A DNA stretch of 64,000 nt from Lachnospiraceae bacterium (GCA_024696615.1 JAILGS010000090.1:26069-90068); one strand, 5' to 3'; counted from the first letter of the stretch, positions 27,131 through 36,352 are shown. The notes: generated by a model from the sequence alone, not told the origin. Numbers and translations: made by a program.

Positions 27131-27152
27131 AAATGTAAGGAGCGAGAATAAC

Positions 27153-27902
27153 ATGTTAAAAACCGTCATCCTTGCCGCCGGCAAGGGCACCCGTATGAAA
27201 TCCGACCTACCTAAGGTCGTACATAAAGCCGCAGGCATTCCCATGGTGGAACATGTATTAAATGCCTGTGTGGAAGCAGGCGTTAAAGAAGCTTGCGTAG
27301 TCATCGGCTATGGTTCCGATGTGGTAAAAGAATGCGTTAGCCATACGAAGGCTGTAACCGAGGGAAGAGTATCGGTAACATTTGCAATGCAGGAAGAACA
27401 GTTAGGAACGGGCCATGCGGTAAAATGCGCCCGGGACTTTATTGGAAAAGAAGGAAGCACCCTGGTACTGTGTGGGGATACGCCACTGATCACGGGAAAG
27501 ACCCTGAAGAAATTAGCAGAGCACCATCAGGCCGCTGGTAATGATACCACAGTACTTTCTGCCATCTTAGAAGATCCAACAGGATATGGCCGAATCATTC
27601 GTGATGGCGAGGGCCGATTTGTAAAAAATGTGGAGCATAAGGATGCGACGGAAGAAGAGCGTGCATCCAGGGAAATTAATTCCGGCATGTATATCTTCCA
27701 GAGTGATAAGCTCTATGATGCCTTGGATCAGTTAAATAATAACAACGCCCAGGGAGAGTATTATCTTCCGGATACTCTGACCATTATTAAAAGCCAGGGG
27801 GGAGCAGTGGATGCCATGGTGATTGATGATGTGACGGAGATTGAGGGTGTGAATAGCCCAGAGCAGCTTGCGCATGCAGAAGAAGTGCTAAAGTTGCGCT
27901 AA
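27153..27902 (+). CDS. GlmU-like sugar-1-phosphate uridylyltransferase domain only (no LbH acetyltransferase domain)
   Basis: 249 aa from ATG 27153, with AAGGAG RBS at 27138-27143. N-terminal ILAAGKGTRMKSDLPKV and overall GlmU N-domain likeness. The stop at 27900-27902 is followed 61 nt later by pth. Confidence 0.8.
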   Translation: MLKTVILAAGKGTRMKSDLPKVVHKAAGIPMVEHVLNACVEAGVKEACVVIGYGSDVVKECVSHTKAVTEGRVSVTFAMQEEQLGTGHAVKCARDFIGKEGSTLVLCGDTPLITGKTLKKLAEHHQAAGNDTTVLSAILEDPTGYGRIIRDGEGRFVKNVEHKDATEEERASREINSGMYIFQSDKLYDALDQLNNNNAQGEYYLPDTLTIIKSQGGAVDAMVIDDVTEIEGVNSPEQLAHAEEVLKLR

Positions 27903-27963
27903 AACCCTTATTGTATCAATTAAGAGCAAATAGAAAGTTAATGAAAGAAGATTAATAGAGTAT

Positions 27964-28521
27964 ATGAAGATTATCGTTGGGCTTGGAAATCCGGAGAAAA
28001 AGTATGAAGGGACCAGGCATAATGTGGGATTTGCAACCTTGGACCGTCTGGCAGAGACCTATCAGATTGCAGTGGATACGAAAAAATTCCAGGGATTGAT
28101 TGGAAAAGGTGTGATTGGCGGGGAGAAAGTCATTCTCGTAAAGCCCCTGACTTATATGAACTTATCCGGTAATTGTGTGCGGGAAGTGGCAGAATATTTC
28201 CGTGTGGAGGCAGAGGATATTCTGGTAATCTTCGATGATATTAGTCTGGTACCGGGACAGATCCGGATTCGTCCTAAGGGAAGTGCCGGTGGACATAATG
28301 GAATTAAAAGTATTATTGCCAATCTTGGCAGTCAGGAATTTCCACGGATCAAATGCGGCGTGGGAGAAAAGCCCAAGGGAAGCGACCTTGCGGATTGGGT
28401 GTTAGGTCATTTTAATAACGAGGATAAACGTCTTGTGGACGAGGCCATGGACCGGGCGGTGAAGGCAGTAGAATGCATTCTCACCGAGGGCGTGGATGCT
28501 GCGATGAATCGTTATAATTAG
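27964..28521 (+). CDS. pth: peptidyl-tRNA hydrolase
   Basis: 185 aa with IVGLGNPEKKYEGTRHNVGF and GSAGGHNGIKS. Confidence 0.95.
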   Translation: MKIIVGLGNPEKKYEGTRHNVGFATLDRLAETYQIAVDTKKFQGLIGKGVIGGEKVILVKPLTYMNLSGNCVREVAEYFRVEAEDILVIFDDISLVPGQIRIRPKGSAGGHNGIKSIIANLGSQEFPRIKCGVGEKPKGSDLADWVLGHFNNEDKRLVDEAMDRAVKAVECILTEGVDAAMNRYN

Positions 28522-28551
28522 AAGAATTGATGTAGTAGGATGAAGTAAAGC

Positions 28552-31500
28552 ATGAACGTATTATCAGAAATCGTCAAAGAATTAAATATATATGAGCCAC
28601 TGAAAGAAGCCTTACAAGAAGAAGGTGGCGTGAAGGTATCTGGTTGCGTGAATGCGGATAAGGCCCATTTCATCAGTAGTATGGTGGAAGGGGAAGGATG
28701 CGTCTGTATTGTCACCAAGGATGAGATCAGTGCAGAACATCTTTTAGAAGAATATAGTTATTATCATAAGAAGATTGTCTACTATCCAGCCAAGGATTTT
28801 ATCTTCTACAGTGCGGATGTGCATAGTAATCTCATTGTAGAAAAGCGAATCAGCGCTTTGCGCCAGATGATGGAGGATGCGGATGGACTGGTGGTGGTAA
28901 CCACCACGGATGCATTTGCAGACAGTCTGATTTCCAAGGAAGAATTTGCAAGGTTCATCCTTCCTGTGCAGGAAGGGGACACCATGGATCTGGATGAGTT
29001 TAAGAGTCGCATGGTGAATCTTGGATATGAGAGGGTCCCTCAGGTGGAGACCTCCGGCCAATTTGCGGTGCGTGGTGGAATTATCGATATCTTCCCATTC
29101 ACGGAAAGTAGTCCGGTGCGAATCGAATTATGGGATGATGAGGTGGACTCCATTCGGTATTTTGATGTGGACAGCCAGCGCTCTATTGAGCGTATTACCG
29201 AGATTACCATCTATCCTGCTACGGATATGCCATTATCCGAAGAGGGACTGCGTCTTGGTGTGGAAAAGATTCTTGCAGAGATGGAAGAATGTGAAAAAAC
29301 TTTCAAGAAGGCCAAGAATCTGGAAGCGGCGGGAAGAATCCGCAAGGTGACCTTGGAGCAGGTGGAAACGATTCAGAATCGTTTTGACAGCCATGGAGCA
29401 GAAAAATTCATTCCCTATCTTTGTGAGAGACCAGTGACTTTACTGGATTACCTTCCTGCGAATACCTTAATGGTATTGGATGAGCCCCAGGAATTGGAAG
29501 TTGCCATGAAGGCGGTGGAAGAGGAATTCGTGGAAAGCATGGGACACCGCATGGAGCTTGGTTATGTGCTTCCCGGACAGGTGGCGAATTTCCATCCCCT
29601 GCGGGAAATTGCAGCGGATTTTGCCACCCATCGGTATGTGGCGATTTCCACCTTTGATGATCCGAAGGGATTTTTGCCCTATGAGAAGGAATTTACGCTG
29701 AATGTGAAAAGCATTGGCGCTTATCATAATAAATTCGAGATTTTAGTCAAGGATTTAGAAAAGTATTTAAAGAAGAAATACCGGGTAATCCTTGCCACCT
29801 CTTCCCGAACTCGTGCGGAGCGCTTAAGTCGGGATCTGCGGGATTATGATCTTCCGGCAGCCTATGTATCCGGAGAGTCGGGAGAATTCCCAGAGCTTCT
29901 TCCTGGACAAATGATGGTTATCCCGGCGGGGGTTGGCAGCGGATATGAATATCCGGAATTAAAATTTGTAGTGATTTCCGAGCGAGATATTTTCACCAGC
30001 CGGAAATTAAAGCGCCGCAAAAAGCATGGTTATGAAGGTAAGGTGATTGCCACCTTCAGCGAACTGGTACCTGGGGATTATGTGGTTCATGAAGAATATG
30101 GACTGGGAATCTACCGGGGCATTGAAAAGAAGAATGTGGGAGGCGTGGAAAAGGACTGGCTTGCCATCGAATATCGGGATGGCGGGGTTCTTTATGTTCT
30201 TGCCACCCAATTGGGACAGCTGCAAAAATATGCAGGACCGGAAGGTAAGGTTCCGAAGTTAAATAAAATCGGTGGAGCCGAGTGGGGCCATACCAAGGAA
30301 AAAGTAGAAAAAGCTGTGGAAACCGTGGCCAGGGATTTGGTGGAATTATATGCCACCCGTCAGATGGAAGAAGGATTCCAATTCAGTCCGGATAATGATT
30401 GGCAGATGGAATTTGAGGAAATGTTCCCTTATGAAGAGACCACGGATCAGATCACTGCCATTGAAGCTACGAAAAAGGATATGCAAAGCAGTAAGATTAT
30501 GGACCGACTCATCTGCGGTGATGTGGGCTTTGGTAAGACGGAAGTGGCGATTCGCGCAGCCTTTAAGGCGGTTCAGGATGGAAAGCAGGTGGTATACCTA
30601 TGTCCTACCACGATTCTTGCAGGACAGCACTTTGATACCTTCGCAAAGCGTATGAAGTCCTATCCGGTGAATGTGGCTTTGTTATCCCGTTTCCGTACGG
30701 GAAAGCAGATGAAAGAAACCCTTCGAGGATTGGAAGATGGTTCCGTGGATATTGTGATCGGAACCCATCGGGTGCTTTCGAAGGATGTGGTATTTAAAAA
30801 TCTGGGACTCTTGATCGTGGATGAGGAGCAGCGGTTTGGTGTGACCCATAAGGAGAAGATCAAGAAACTCCGTGAAAATGTGGATGTGCTGACTTTGTCA
30901 GCAACCCCAATTCCTCGTACCCTTCATATGAGTCTGGTGGGAATCCGTGACATGAGTGTACTGGAAGAGGCGCCACAGGATCGAAGACCGATTCAAACAT
31001 TTGTAACGGAACAGGATGATGAATTAGTACGGGAGGCGATCCGCCGAGAACTGGCCCGTGGGGGACAGGTGTACTATGTGTATAATCGTGTGCAGGATAT
31101 TGAAGATGTGGCAGAGCGCGTGCAGGCTTTGGTTCCGGATGCGAAGGTGGCTGTGGGACATGGACAGATGGATGAACATACCCTAGAGTCCGTGATGTAT
31201 GATTTTATCAATCATGAAGTGGATATTTTAGTGTCCACCACCATTATTGAGACAGGGTTAGATATCTCCAATGTGAATACCATGATCATTCAGGATGCGG
31301 ATAAATTCGGTCTTTCCCAGCTCTATCAGTTGCGTGGTCGAATCGGACGATCGAATCGTACCGCCTATTGCTTCTTATTATATCGAAGAAACAAGCTGAT
31401 TACGGAAGTGGCACAAAAGCGATTGGAGGCCATTAAGGAATTCTCGGATCTTGGCTCTGGCTTTAAGATTGCCATGAAGGATTTGGAAATCCGTGGCGCG

Positions 31501-32073
31501 GGTAATGTGCTGGGACAGAAGCAGCATGGACATATGGCTGCCGTGGGATATGATCTTTACTGCAAGATGTTAAATGAAGCAGTTCTTACCATGAAGGGGG
31601 AGAAGAAGGGCTTATCCGTGGAAACTCTGATTGATTTAGAGATGGATGCTTTAATTCCTTCCACCTATATTCGGAATGAGGTGCAGAAATTAGATATCTA
31701 CAAGCGTATTAATGCCATTGGAAGCCGGGAAGAACTTATGGATATGGAGGATGAGTTGGTGGACCGATTTGGAGATCTTCCTAAGGAAGCCAACAATCTG
31801 TTAAATATCGCATTATTAAAGTCCAAGGCTTCGGATGTATATATTACGGAAATCAAGGGTGGCATGAAGGGCGTTCGTATGAAGATGGATCCTCATGCAC
31901 CGATTGATACTAGTAAAATCCCACTGCTTGTGAAGGAATATCGGGGACAGTTAAAGGTTCATATGGAGGCAATTCCATACTTTACCTGGGTTCCGGAGAA
32001 GAAATATGTGGGAAATAAGGGAGAACTTCAGTTCTTAGAAGATCTCATGGATCTCGTGGATGGATTTCGTTAA
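28552..32073 (+). CDS. mfd: transcription-repair coupling factor
   Basis: 1173 aa with a UvrB-homology N-terminus, a CarD/RNAP-interaction region (GDYVVHEEYGLGIY) and superfamily-2 helicase motifs (GDVGFGKTEVA, DEEQRFG). Confidence 0.95.
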   Translation: MNVLSEIVKELNIYEPLKEALQEEGGVKVSGCVNADKAHFISSMVEGEGCVCIVTKDEISAEHLLEEYSYYHKKIVYYPAKDFIFYSADVHSNLIVEKRISALRQMMEDADGLVVVTTTDAFADSLISKEEFARFILPVQEGDTMDLDEFKSRMVNLGYERVPQVETSGQFAVRGGIIDIFPFTESSPVRIELWDDEVDSIRYFDVDSQRSIERITEITIYPATDMPLSEEGLRLGVEKILAEMEECEKTFKKAKNLEAAGRIRKVTLEQVETIQNRFDSHGAEKFIPYLCERPVTLLDYLPANTLMVLDEPQELEVAMKAVEEEFVESMGHRMELGYVLPGQVANFHPLREIAADFATHRYVAISTFDDPKGFLPYEKEFTLNVKSIGAYHNKFEILVKDLEKYLKKKYRVILATSSRTRAERLSRDLRDYDLPAAYVSGESGEFPELLPGQMMVIPAGVGSGYEYPELKFVVISERDIFTSRKLKRRKKHGYEGKVIATFSELVPGDYVVHEEYGLGIYRGIEKKNVGGVEKDWLAIEYRDGGVLYVLATQLGQLQKYAGPEGKVPKLNKIGGAEWGHTKEKVEKAVETVARDLVELYATRQMEEGFQFSPDNDWQMEFEEMFPYEETTDQITAIEATKKDMQSSKIMDRLICGDVGFGKTEVAIRAAFKAVQDGKQVVYLCPTTILAGQHFDTFAKRMKSYPVNVALLSRFRTGKQMKETLRGLEDGSVDIVIGTHRVLSKDVVFKNLGLLIVDEEQRFGVTHKEKIKKLRENVDVLTLSATPIPRTLHMSLVGIRDMSVLEEAPQDRRPIQTFVTEQDDELVREAIRRELARGGQVYYVYNRVQDIEDVAERVQALVPDAKVAVGHGQMDEHTLESVMYDFINHEVDILVSTTIIETGLDISNVNTMIIQDADKFGLSQLYQLRGRIGRSNRTAYCFLLYRRNKLITEVAQKRLEAIKEFSDLGSGFKIAMKDLEIRGAGNVLGQKQHGHMAAVGYDLYCKMLNEAVLTMKGEKKGLSVETLIDLEMDALIPSTYIRNEVQKLDIYKRINAIGSREELMDMEDELVDRFGDLPKEANNLLNIALLKSKASDVYITEIKGGMKGVRMKMDPHAPIDTSKIPLLVKEYRGQLKVHMEAIPYFTWVPEKKYVGNKGELQFLEDLMDLVDGFR

Positions 32074-32087
32074 GGGGGACGTTGCAG

Positions 32088-33587
32088 ATGACTCATAGTC
32101 TGAAGAAAAGTCTATTATTACGAACAATTATGCCCATTGTGCTCCTTGCTGTGGTGGCGGCAGTTTTTACCACCCATCGGGTTGCACACGAGCTAGAAAC
32201 CGTGGTAAGTCATGAACTTTCCAATACGGCTCATACGGTGGAGGATGCCCTGGACCTTCTTTATCCCGGGGAGTATGCCCAATATGGGGATAAGATTTTA
32301 AGTCTTGCCAAGGGCGAATATATTTTAAATGATCAATATGAATTAATTGATTCCATCAGTGAGGATTCCGGTTTAGAGATTAGTATCTTTTCTGGAAATA
32401 TTCGCTTCCTCACCACCCTTACGGATGAGGAAGGAAATCGTCTGGTGGGAACTTATGCTCACACCGTGGTGAATGCGGAAGTACTGTCCACAGGAACGTC
32501 CAAATTCTACAATTCCACCGTAGTAGGAAATAAGAAATATTATACCTATTATCTGGTGCTTCCCTATGAAGATGGAAGTTACGGGGTGATGATTGCAGTG
32601 GCTAAGGATGCCAGTGAAGTAACGAGAATGATTTATTCCGTCATCTGGCCAATTCTTGTAATCACCATTATTGTATCCGTACTTGGTGCTTTAAATTCCA
32701 TCGCCTATTCCAATCAAATGGTACGGGATATGGGATTATTGCAGAATTTTATGAAGGATGTTTCCCAGGGAAATCTAAAAGCAACCGTGGGATATGAATT
32801 AACGTCGAGAAAGGATGAATTATCCCAGATGGCGGATTTTGCCACCACCATGCAGAAGTCCTTACGGGAATTAATTGAACTGGATGCCCTAACGGGACTG
32901 GATAACCGACGAAGCGGCAATCGGATTATTGCAGAATGCCAGCGCCGGTTAGTGGAACACGAGGAGCCATATGTATTAGTGCTTGGAGATATTGATTTCT
33001 TTAAGAAGGTGAATGATACCTATGGACATGAAGCGGGGGATGAAATTCTTCGCATGGTTTCTGAAGTGTTAAAGAAGCGGATGAAGGGCCATGGAACAGC
33101 GGTGCGCTGGGGTGGCGAGGAATTTATTCTCATCTTCCCCAATGCAGAAAGTTATCAGGCCATGGAAGTAGTTTCTTCTATATTAGAAGAAATCCGTTCC
33201 AAGGTGACCTATGTGGAAAAGAAAGAAATTAGAATCACCATGTCCTTTGGAATTGCCAAGGCCTATGGAAGCAGGAGTATGGATGAGAATATTAAAGCGG
33301 CGGATGATCATCTATACTATGCCAAGGAGCATGGCCGTAATCAGATTGTGGATTATATTGAAGGAGAAGAACTTCCAATTCCGGAGGATATGCTTCCAGG
33401 GGGCGGTGGACGAATCAGTCCACAGGAGCACCATGCATTATATGGGGAGGGACCAAAGGAACCTGCAAAAGATGAGGTTATCATAAAAGAAAGTGGAACC
33501 CTGCCGGAAGAAAAGAAGGAATTATTAGAATATGTGGAAGAGCTTCGCAATGAGAAGCGTGAAAAGAACTCACAGGAAGGATCGTAA
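32088..33587 (+). CDS. membrane-bound diguanylate cyclase with Cache-like sensor domain
   Basis: ~499 aa with two hydrophobic spans flanking a periplasmic-type domain, a HAMP-like linker and a GGDEF domain with intact GGEEF. No RxxD I-site at the usual position. Glu/Lys-rich C-terminal tail. Confidence 0.85.
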   Translation: MTHSLKKSLLLRTIMPIVLLAVVAAVFTTHRVAHELETVVSHELSNTAHTVEDALDLLYPGEYAQYGDKILSLAKGEYILNDQYELIDSISEDSGLEISIFSGNIRFLTTLTDEEGNRLVGTYAHTVVNAEVLSTGTSKFYNSTVVGNKKYYTYYLVLPYEDGSYGVMIAVAKDASEVTRMIYSVIWPILVITIIVSVLGALNSIAYSNQMVRDMGLLQNFMKDVSQGNLKATVGYELTSRKDELSQMADFATTMQKSLRELIELDALTGLDNRRSGNRIIAECQRRLVEHEEPYVLVLGDIDFFKKVNDTYGHEAGDEILRMVSEVLKKRMKGHGTAVRWGGEEFILIFPNAESYQAMEVVSSILEEIRSKVTYVEKKEIRITMSFGIAKAYGSRSMDENIKAADDHLYYAKEHGRNQIVDYIEGEELPIPEDMLPGGGGRISPQEHHALYGEGPKEPAKDEVIIKESGTLPEEKKELLEYVEELRNEKREKNSQEGS

Positions 33588-33592
33588 GATAT

Positions 33593-34465
33593 ATGTGGAT
33601 TGCAGATGGATGGAAGGATTATGAAGTAATTGATACTTCGGATGGAGAAAAGTTAGAACGCTGGGGGAAGTATATTTTACTTCGTCCGGACCCACAGGTC
33701 ATATGGAAGACTCCAAGAAAAAACAGCGCCTATAAACATTTGAACGGACATTATCATCGTAGTAACAAAGGTGGCGGTGAGTGGGAATTCTTTGATCTTC
33801 CACAGCAGTGGTCCATCTCTTATAAGAGTTTGACCTTTCAATTAAAGCCATTTAGTTTTAAGCATACGGGTTTGTTCCCAGAACAGGCTGCCAATTGGGA
33901 TTGGTTTTCAGAAAAGATTCGAAAGGAAAGTAAAGTCAACAATCGGGAAATCAAAGTCTTAAATCTTTTTGCTTATACCGGTGGTGCCACCATTGCAGCG
34001 GCAGCAGCAGGTGCGAAGGTAACCCATGTGGATGCCAGCAAGGGTATGGTCAACTGGGCCAAGGAAAATGCTGTTTCTTCTAATATAAGTGATACTTCGA
34101 TTCGTTGGATCGTGGATGACTGTGTGAAATTCGTGGAGCGGGAAATCCGCCGGGGCAATCACTATGATGCCATCATCATGGATCCTCCATCCTACGGTCG
34201 TGGACCTAAGGGAGAAATCTGGAAGATTGAAGATGCCATCTTTCCTCTGATTGAATTATGTGAGCAGCTTCTTTCCGAAAAGCCTTTATTCTTTTTAGTC
34301 AATTCCTATACCACGGGACTTCAGCCTGCGGTATTAAACTATATGTTAAGTACTGTATTAAAAAAATACAATGGAGTAGTTACCGCGGATGAGATTGGAC
34401 TTCCGGTAAGTTCCAATGGTCTGGTGCTTCCATGTGGTGCATCCGGTCGGTGGGAGGCGATATGA
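33593..34465 (+). CDS. class I SAM-dependent methyltransferase (RlmI/YwbD-like catalytic domain)
   Basis: 290 aa with the SAM-binding stretch VLNLFAYTGGATIAAA and acidic DPPSYG (NPPY-like) motif. Confidence 0.7.
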   Translation: MWIADGWKDYEVIDTSDGEKLERWGKYILLRPDPQVIWKTPRKNSAYKHLNGHYHRSNKGGGEWEFFDLPQQWSISYKSLTFQLKPFSFKHTGLFPEQAANWDWFSEKIRKESKVNNREIKVLNLFAYTGGATIAAAAAGAKVTHVDASKGMVNWAKENAVSSNISDTSIRWIVDDCVKFVEREIRRGNHYDAIIMDPPSYGRGPKGEIWKIEDAIFPLIELCEQLLSEKPLFFLVNSYTTGLQPAVLNYMLSTVLKKYNGVVTADEIGLPVSSNGLVLPCGASGRWEAI

Positions 34466-34466
34466 T

Positions 34467-34814
34467 ATGGAGAAAGTGAAGAATGTATGTAAAGCCTGGA
34501 TCAGTCGACATCAAGTGAAACTTGTGGTAATCATTCAGATCCTTCTGTGCCTTGTCTATGCGAAGAAATCCATGGACAAGGAACTGGGGGAGCGTTTTAA
34601 GTTAGCGCAAAAATTCGCCAAAAAGGATCGGGCCCGGAAAGAGAAATTACAAAAGCAGGCTCTGTCCCATGCCAAGAAGGTTGCCAAAGCCAAGAATAAG
34701 ATTCGCATGAAGAAGCTTACAGGAAAATACCGCCAAGCTAAGATTCATGAAAAAGAAAAATTATTAAAGCAGAAGAATCATTTAAAGCAAATGAAGTTGA
34801 AGCTCAAGGGATAA
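34467..34814 (+). CDS. hypothetical small Lys-rich protein with one hydrophobic segment
   Basis: 115 aa from ATG 34467, directly after the methyltransferase stop. KLVVIIQILLCLVYA is followed by a long Lys-rich predicted helix. Confidence 0.45.
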   Translation: MEKVKNVCKAWISRHQVKLVVIIQILLCLVYAKKSMDKELGERFKLAQKFAKKDRARKEKLQKQALSHAKKVAKAKNKIRMKKLTGKYRQAKIHEKEKLLKQKNHLKQMKLKLKG

Positions 34815-34920
34815 TTTTTTTCATATGAGTAAGAAAAAATTGGCAGAGTATACAAAATTTGCTAAAAAAATTTGTGCATAAAAAAGTACAAGATTTTCTG
34901 AAAAAAATTAGAAATAGCAC

Positions 34921-34949
34921 TTGCAATGCATAAGAAATTACATTATATT
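34921..34949 (+). promoter_or_regulatory. sigma-A-type promoter of the S10 operon
   Basis: TTGCAA (34921-34926), 17 nt, TATATT (34944-34949), preceded by an A-rich UP-like tract (34880-34915). Confidence 0.6.
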
Positions 34950-35060
34950 AGTATTTGCTGTGACATTGATAGCGAAGAAGCGTGAGGTTGCTACATAATT
35001 TTATGTAGGTTTTCCGTGGAGCGAATGTCAGATAGCCCAGCTAATTGGGCTTAAGATGAT

Positions 35061-35174
35061 GACGACAGGTCACTGTACAGAATATTTCTGCGAAAGCAGA
35101 CGTGTGAGAGTCCTTGAAACTCCGAAAGGAAAGTCAGGAAACACACGGCAGCGTGTACAGTCACCGCTTGTCGT
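35061..35174 (+). promoter_or_regulatory. structured 5' leader RNA of the S10 operon (candidate r-protein autoregulatory element)
   Basis: A long-range helix 35062-35079 / 35154-35174 (17 bp with one bulge and one mismatch) encloses three elements: hairpin TCTGC-GAAA-GCAGA (35087-35100), helix CGTGTG/CACACG (35101-35106 / 35142-35147) and TCC-GAAA-GGA (35121-35130). Confidence 0.5.
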
Positions 35175-35213
35175 ACTAAGAACCTAAAGTACGAAAAGGA
35201 GGCGACTTTTTTT

Positions 35214-35531
35214 ATGGCAAGTCAAGTAATGAGAATCACATTGAAGGCGTACGATCACGAATTAGTTGATCAGTCTGCTAAGAAGATTATCGAGACTGTT
35301 AAGAAGACAGGATCTCAGGTGAGCGGACCAGTACCTCTTCCAACAAAGAAGGAGGTAGTAACTATCCTTAGAGCTGTACATAAGTACAAGGACTCTAGAG
35401 AGCAGTTCGAGCAGAGAACTCACAAGAGACTCATCGATATCATTACTCCATCCCAGAAGACTGTGGATGCATTATCTCGTTTAGAGATGCCAGCTGGTGT
35501 CTATATTGACATCAAGATGAAGAATAAGTAA
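35214..35531 (+). CDS. rpsJ: 30S ribosomal protein S10
   Basis: 105 aa, unmistakable S10 sequence (RITLKAYDH...), first gene of the S10 cluster. Confidence 0.98.
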   Translation: MASQVMRITLKAYDHELVDQSAKKIIETVKKTGSQVSGPVPLPTKKEVVTILRAVHKYKDSREQFEQRTHKRLIDIITPSQKTVDALSRLEMPAGVYIDIKMKNK

Positions 35532-35690
35532 TTCTTCAACAAGTAACATTTTAATTTAGGAAGATCCTGAAGGGTTTAATATAGAAGCAACATATATTCA
35601 TCAGACGGTGGTGTAGGTTCCACTTATATTGACTGTTCTAGGATGATTGGAGCAATCCAATCCGCTGTAGACAAAACAGGAGGAAAAAAC

Positions 35691-36326
35691 ATGAAGAAGG
35701 CTATTTTAGCTACGAAAGTCGGAATGACTCAAATCTTCAACGAAGACGGAGTATTAACTCCAGTCACTGTACTCGAGGCTGGTCCTTGCGTTGTTACTCA
35801 GGTTAAGACCGTAGAGAACGATGGTTATAGTGCAGTTCAGGTTGGTTATGCAGATCAGAAGGAAAAGCATACAACCAAGCCAGTAAAGGGACACTTTGAT
35901 AAGAACGGTGTTTCCTACAAGAAATTCCTTAAGGAGTTCCGTTTTGAGAACGCAAGCGAGTATTCAGTAAAGGATGAAATCAAGGCTGATATCTTCGCAG
36001 TAGGTGATCATGTTGATGCATCTGCAATCTCAAAGGGTAAGGGCTTCCAGGGCGCAATCAAGAGATTAGGACAGTCTCGTGGACCTATGGCTCATGGTTC
36101 TAAGTTCCACAGACATCAGGGTTCTAACGGTTCTGCTACTACCCCAGGTAGAGTATTCAAGGGCAAGGGAATGCCTGGTCAGATGGGCGGCAAGAAGATT
36201 ACAATCCAGAATCTTGAAATTGTACGCGTAGATGCTGACAAGAACTTAATCTTAGTTAAGGGCGCTGTTCCAGGAGCTAAGAAATCTTTAGTGACACTTA
36301 AGGAGACAACGAGAACTGATATCTAG
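35691..36326 (+). CDS. rplC: 50S ribosomal protein L3
   Basis: 211 aa from ATG 35691, with AGGAGG RBS. N-terminal [16 protein letters not shown] is typical of L3. Confidence 0.97.
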   Translation: MKKAILATKVGMTQIFNEDGVLTPVTVLEAGPCVVTQVKTVENDGYSAVQVGYADQKEKHTTKPVKGHFDKNGVSYKKFLKEFRFENASEYSVKDEIKADIFAVGDHVDASAISKGKGFQGAIKRLGQSRGPMAHGSKFHRHQGSNGSATTPGRVFKGKGMPGQMGGKKITIQNLEIVRVDADKNLILVKGAVPGAKKSLVTLKETTRTDI

Positions 36327-36352
36327 TTTCGTTGAGAAAGGAGGAAGCACAG

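Noticed and set aside
26981-27304. A 107-aa minus-strand ORF, and the GTG-27006 N-terminal extension of the glmU-like ORF. Both encode repeated peptides (for example FLLRSVPL..., GTLRSKN...).
   Set aside because: The peptide repeats are simply translations of the 45-bp DNA tandem repeat. Neither start has an RBS, while a strong AAGGAG RBS precedes ATG 27153, which gives the canonical GlmU N-terminus.
32088-33587. The diguanylate cyclase as part of a novel signalling system with mfd.
   Set aside because: The close spacing to mfd (14 nt) suggests co-transcription, but the protein is an ordinary Cache-HAMP-GGDEF architecture. No partner effector (PilZ, EAL, HD-GYP) is adjacent.
34825-34881. 18-codon small ORF (MSKKKLAEYTKFAKKICA) in the S10 upstream region. 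Similar 20-24-codon ORFs occur in the rpmJ-rpsM spacer (for example from 48292).
   Set aside because: None has a Shine-Dalgarno sequence. They lie in A-rich promoter or structured leader sequence and are most likely chance ORFs.
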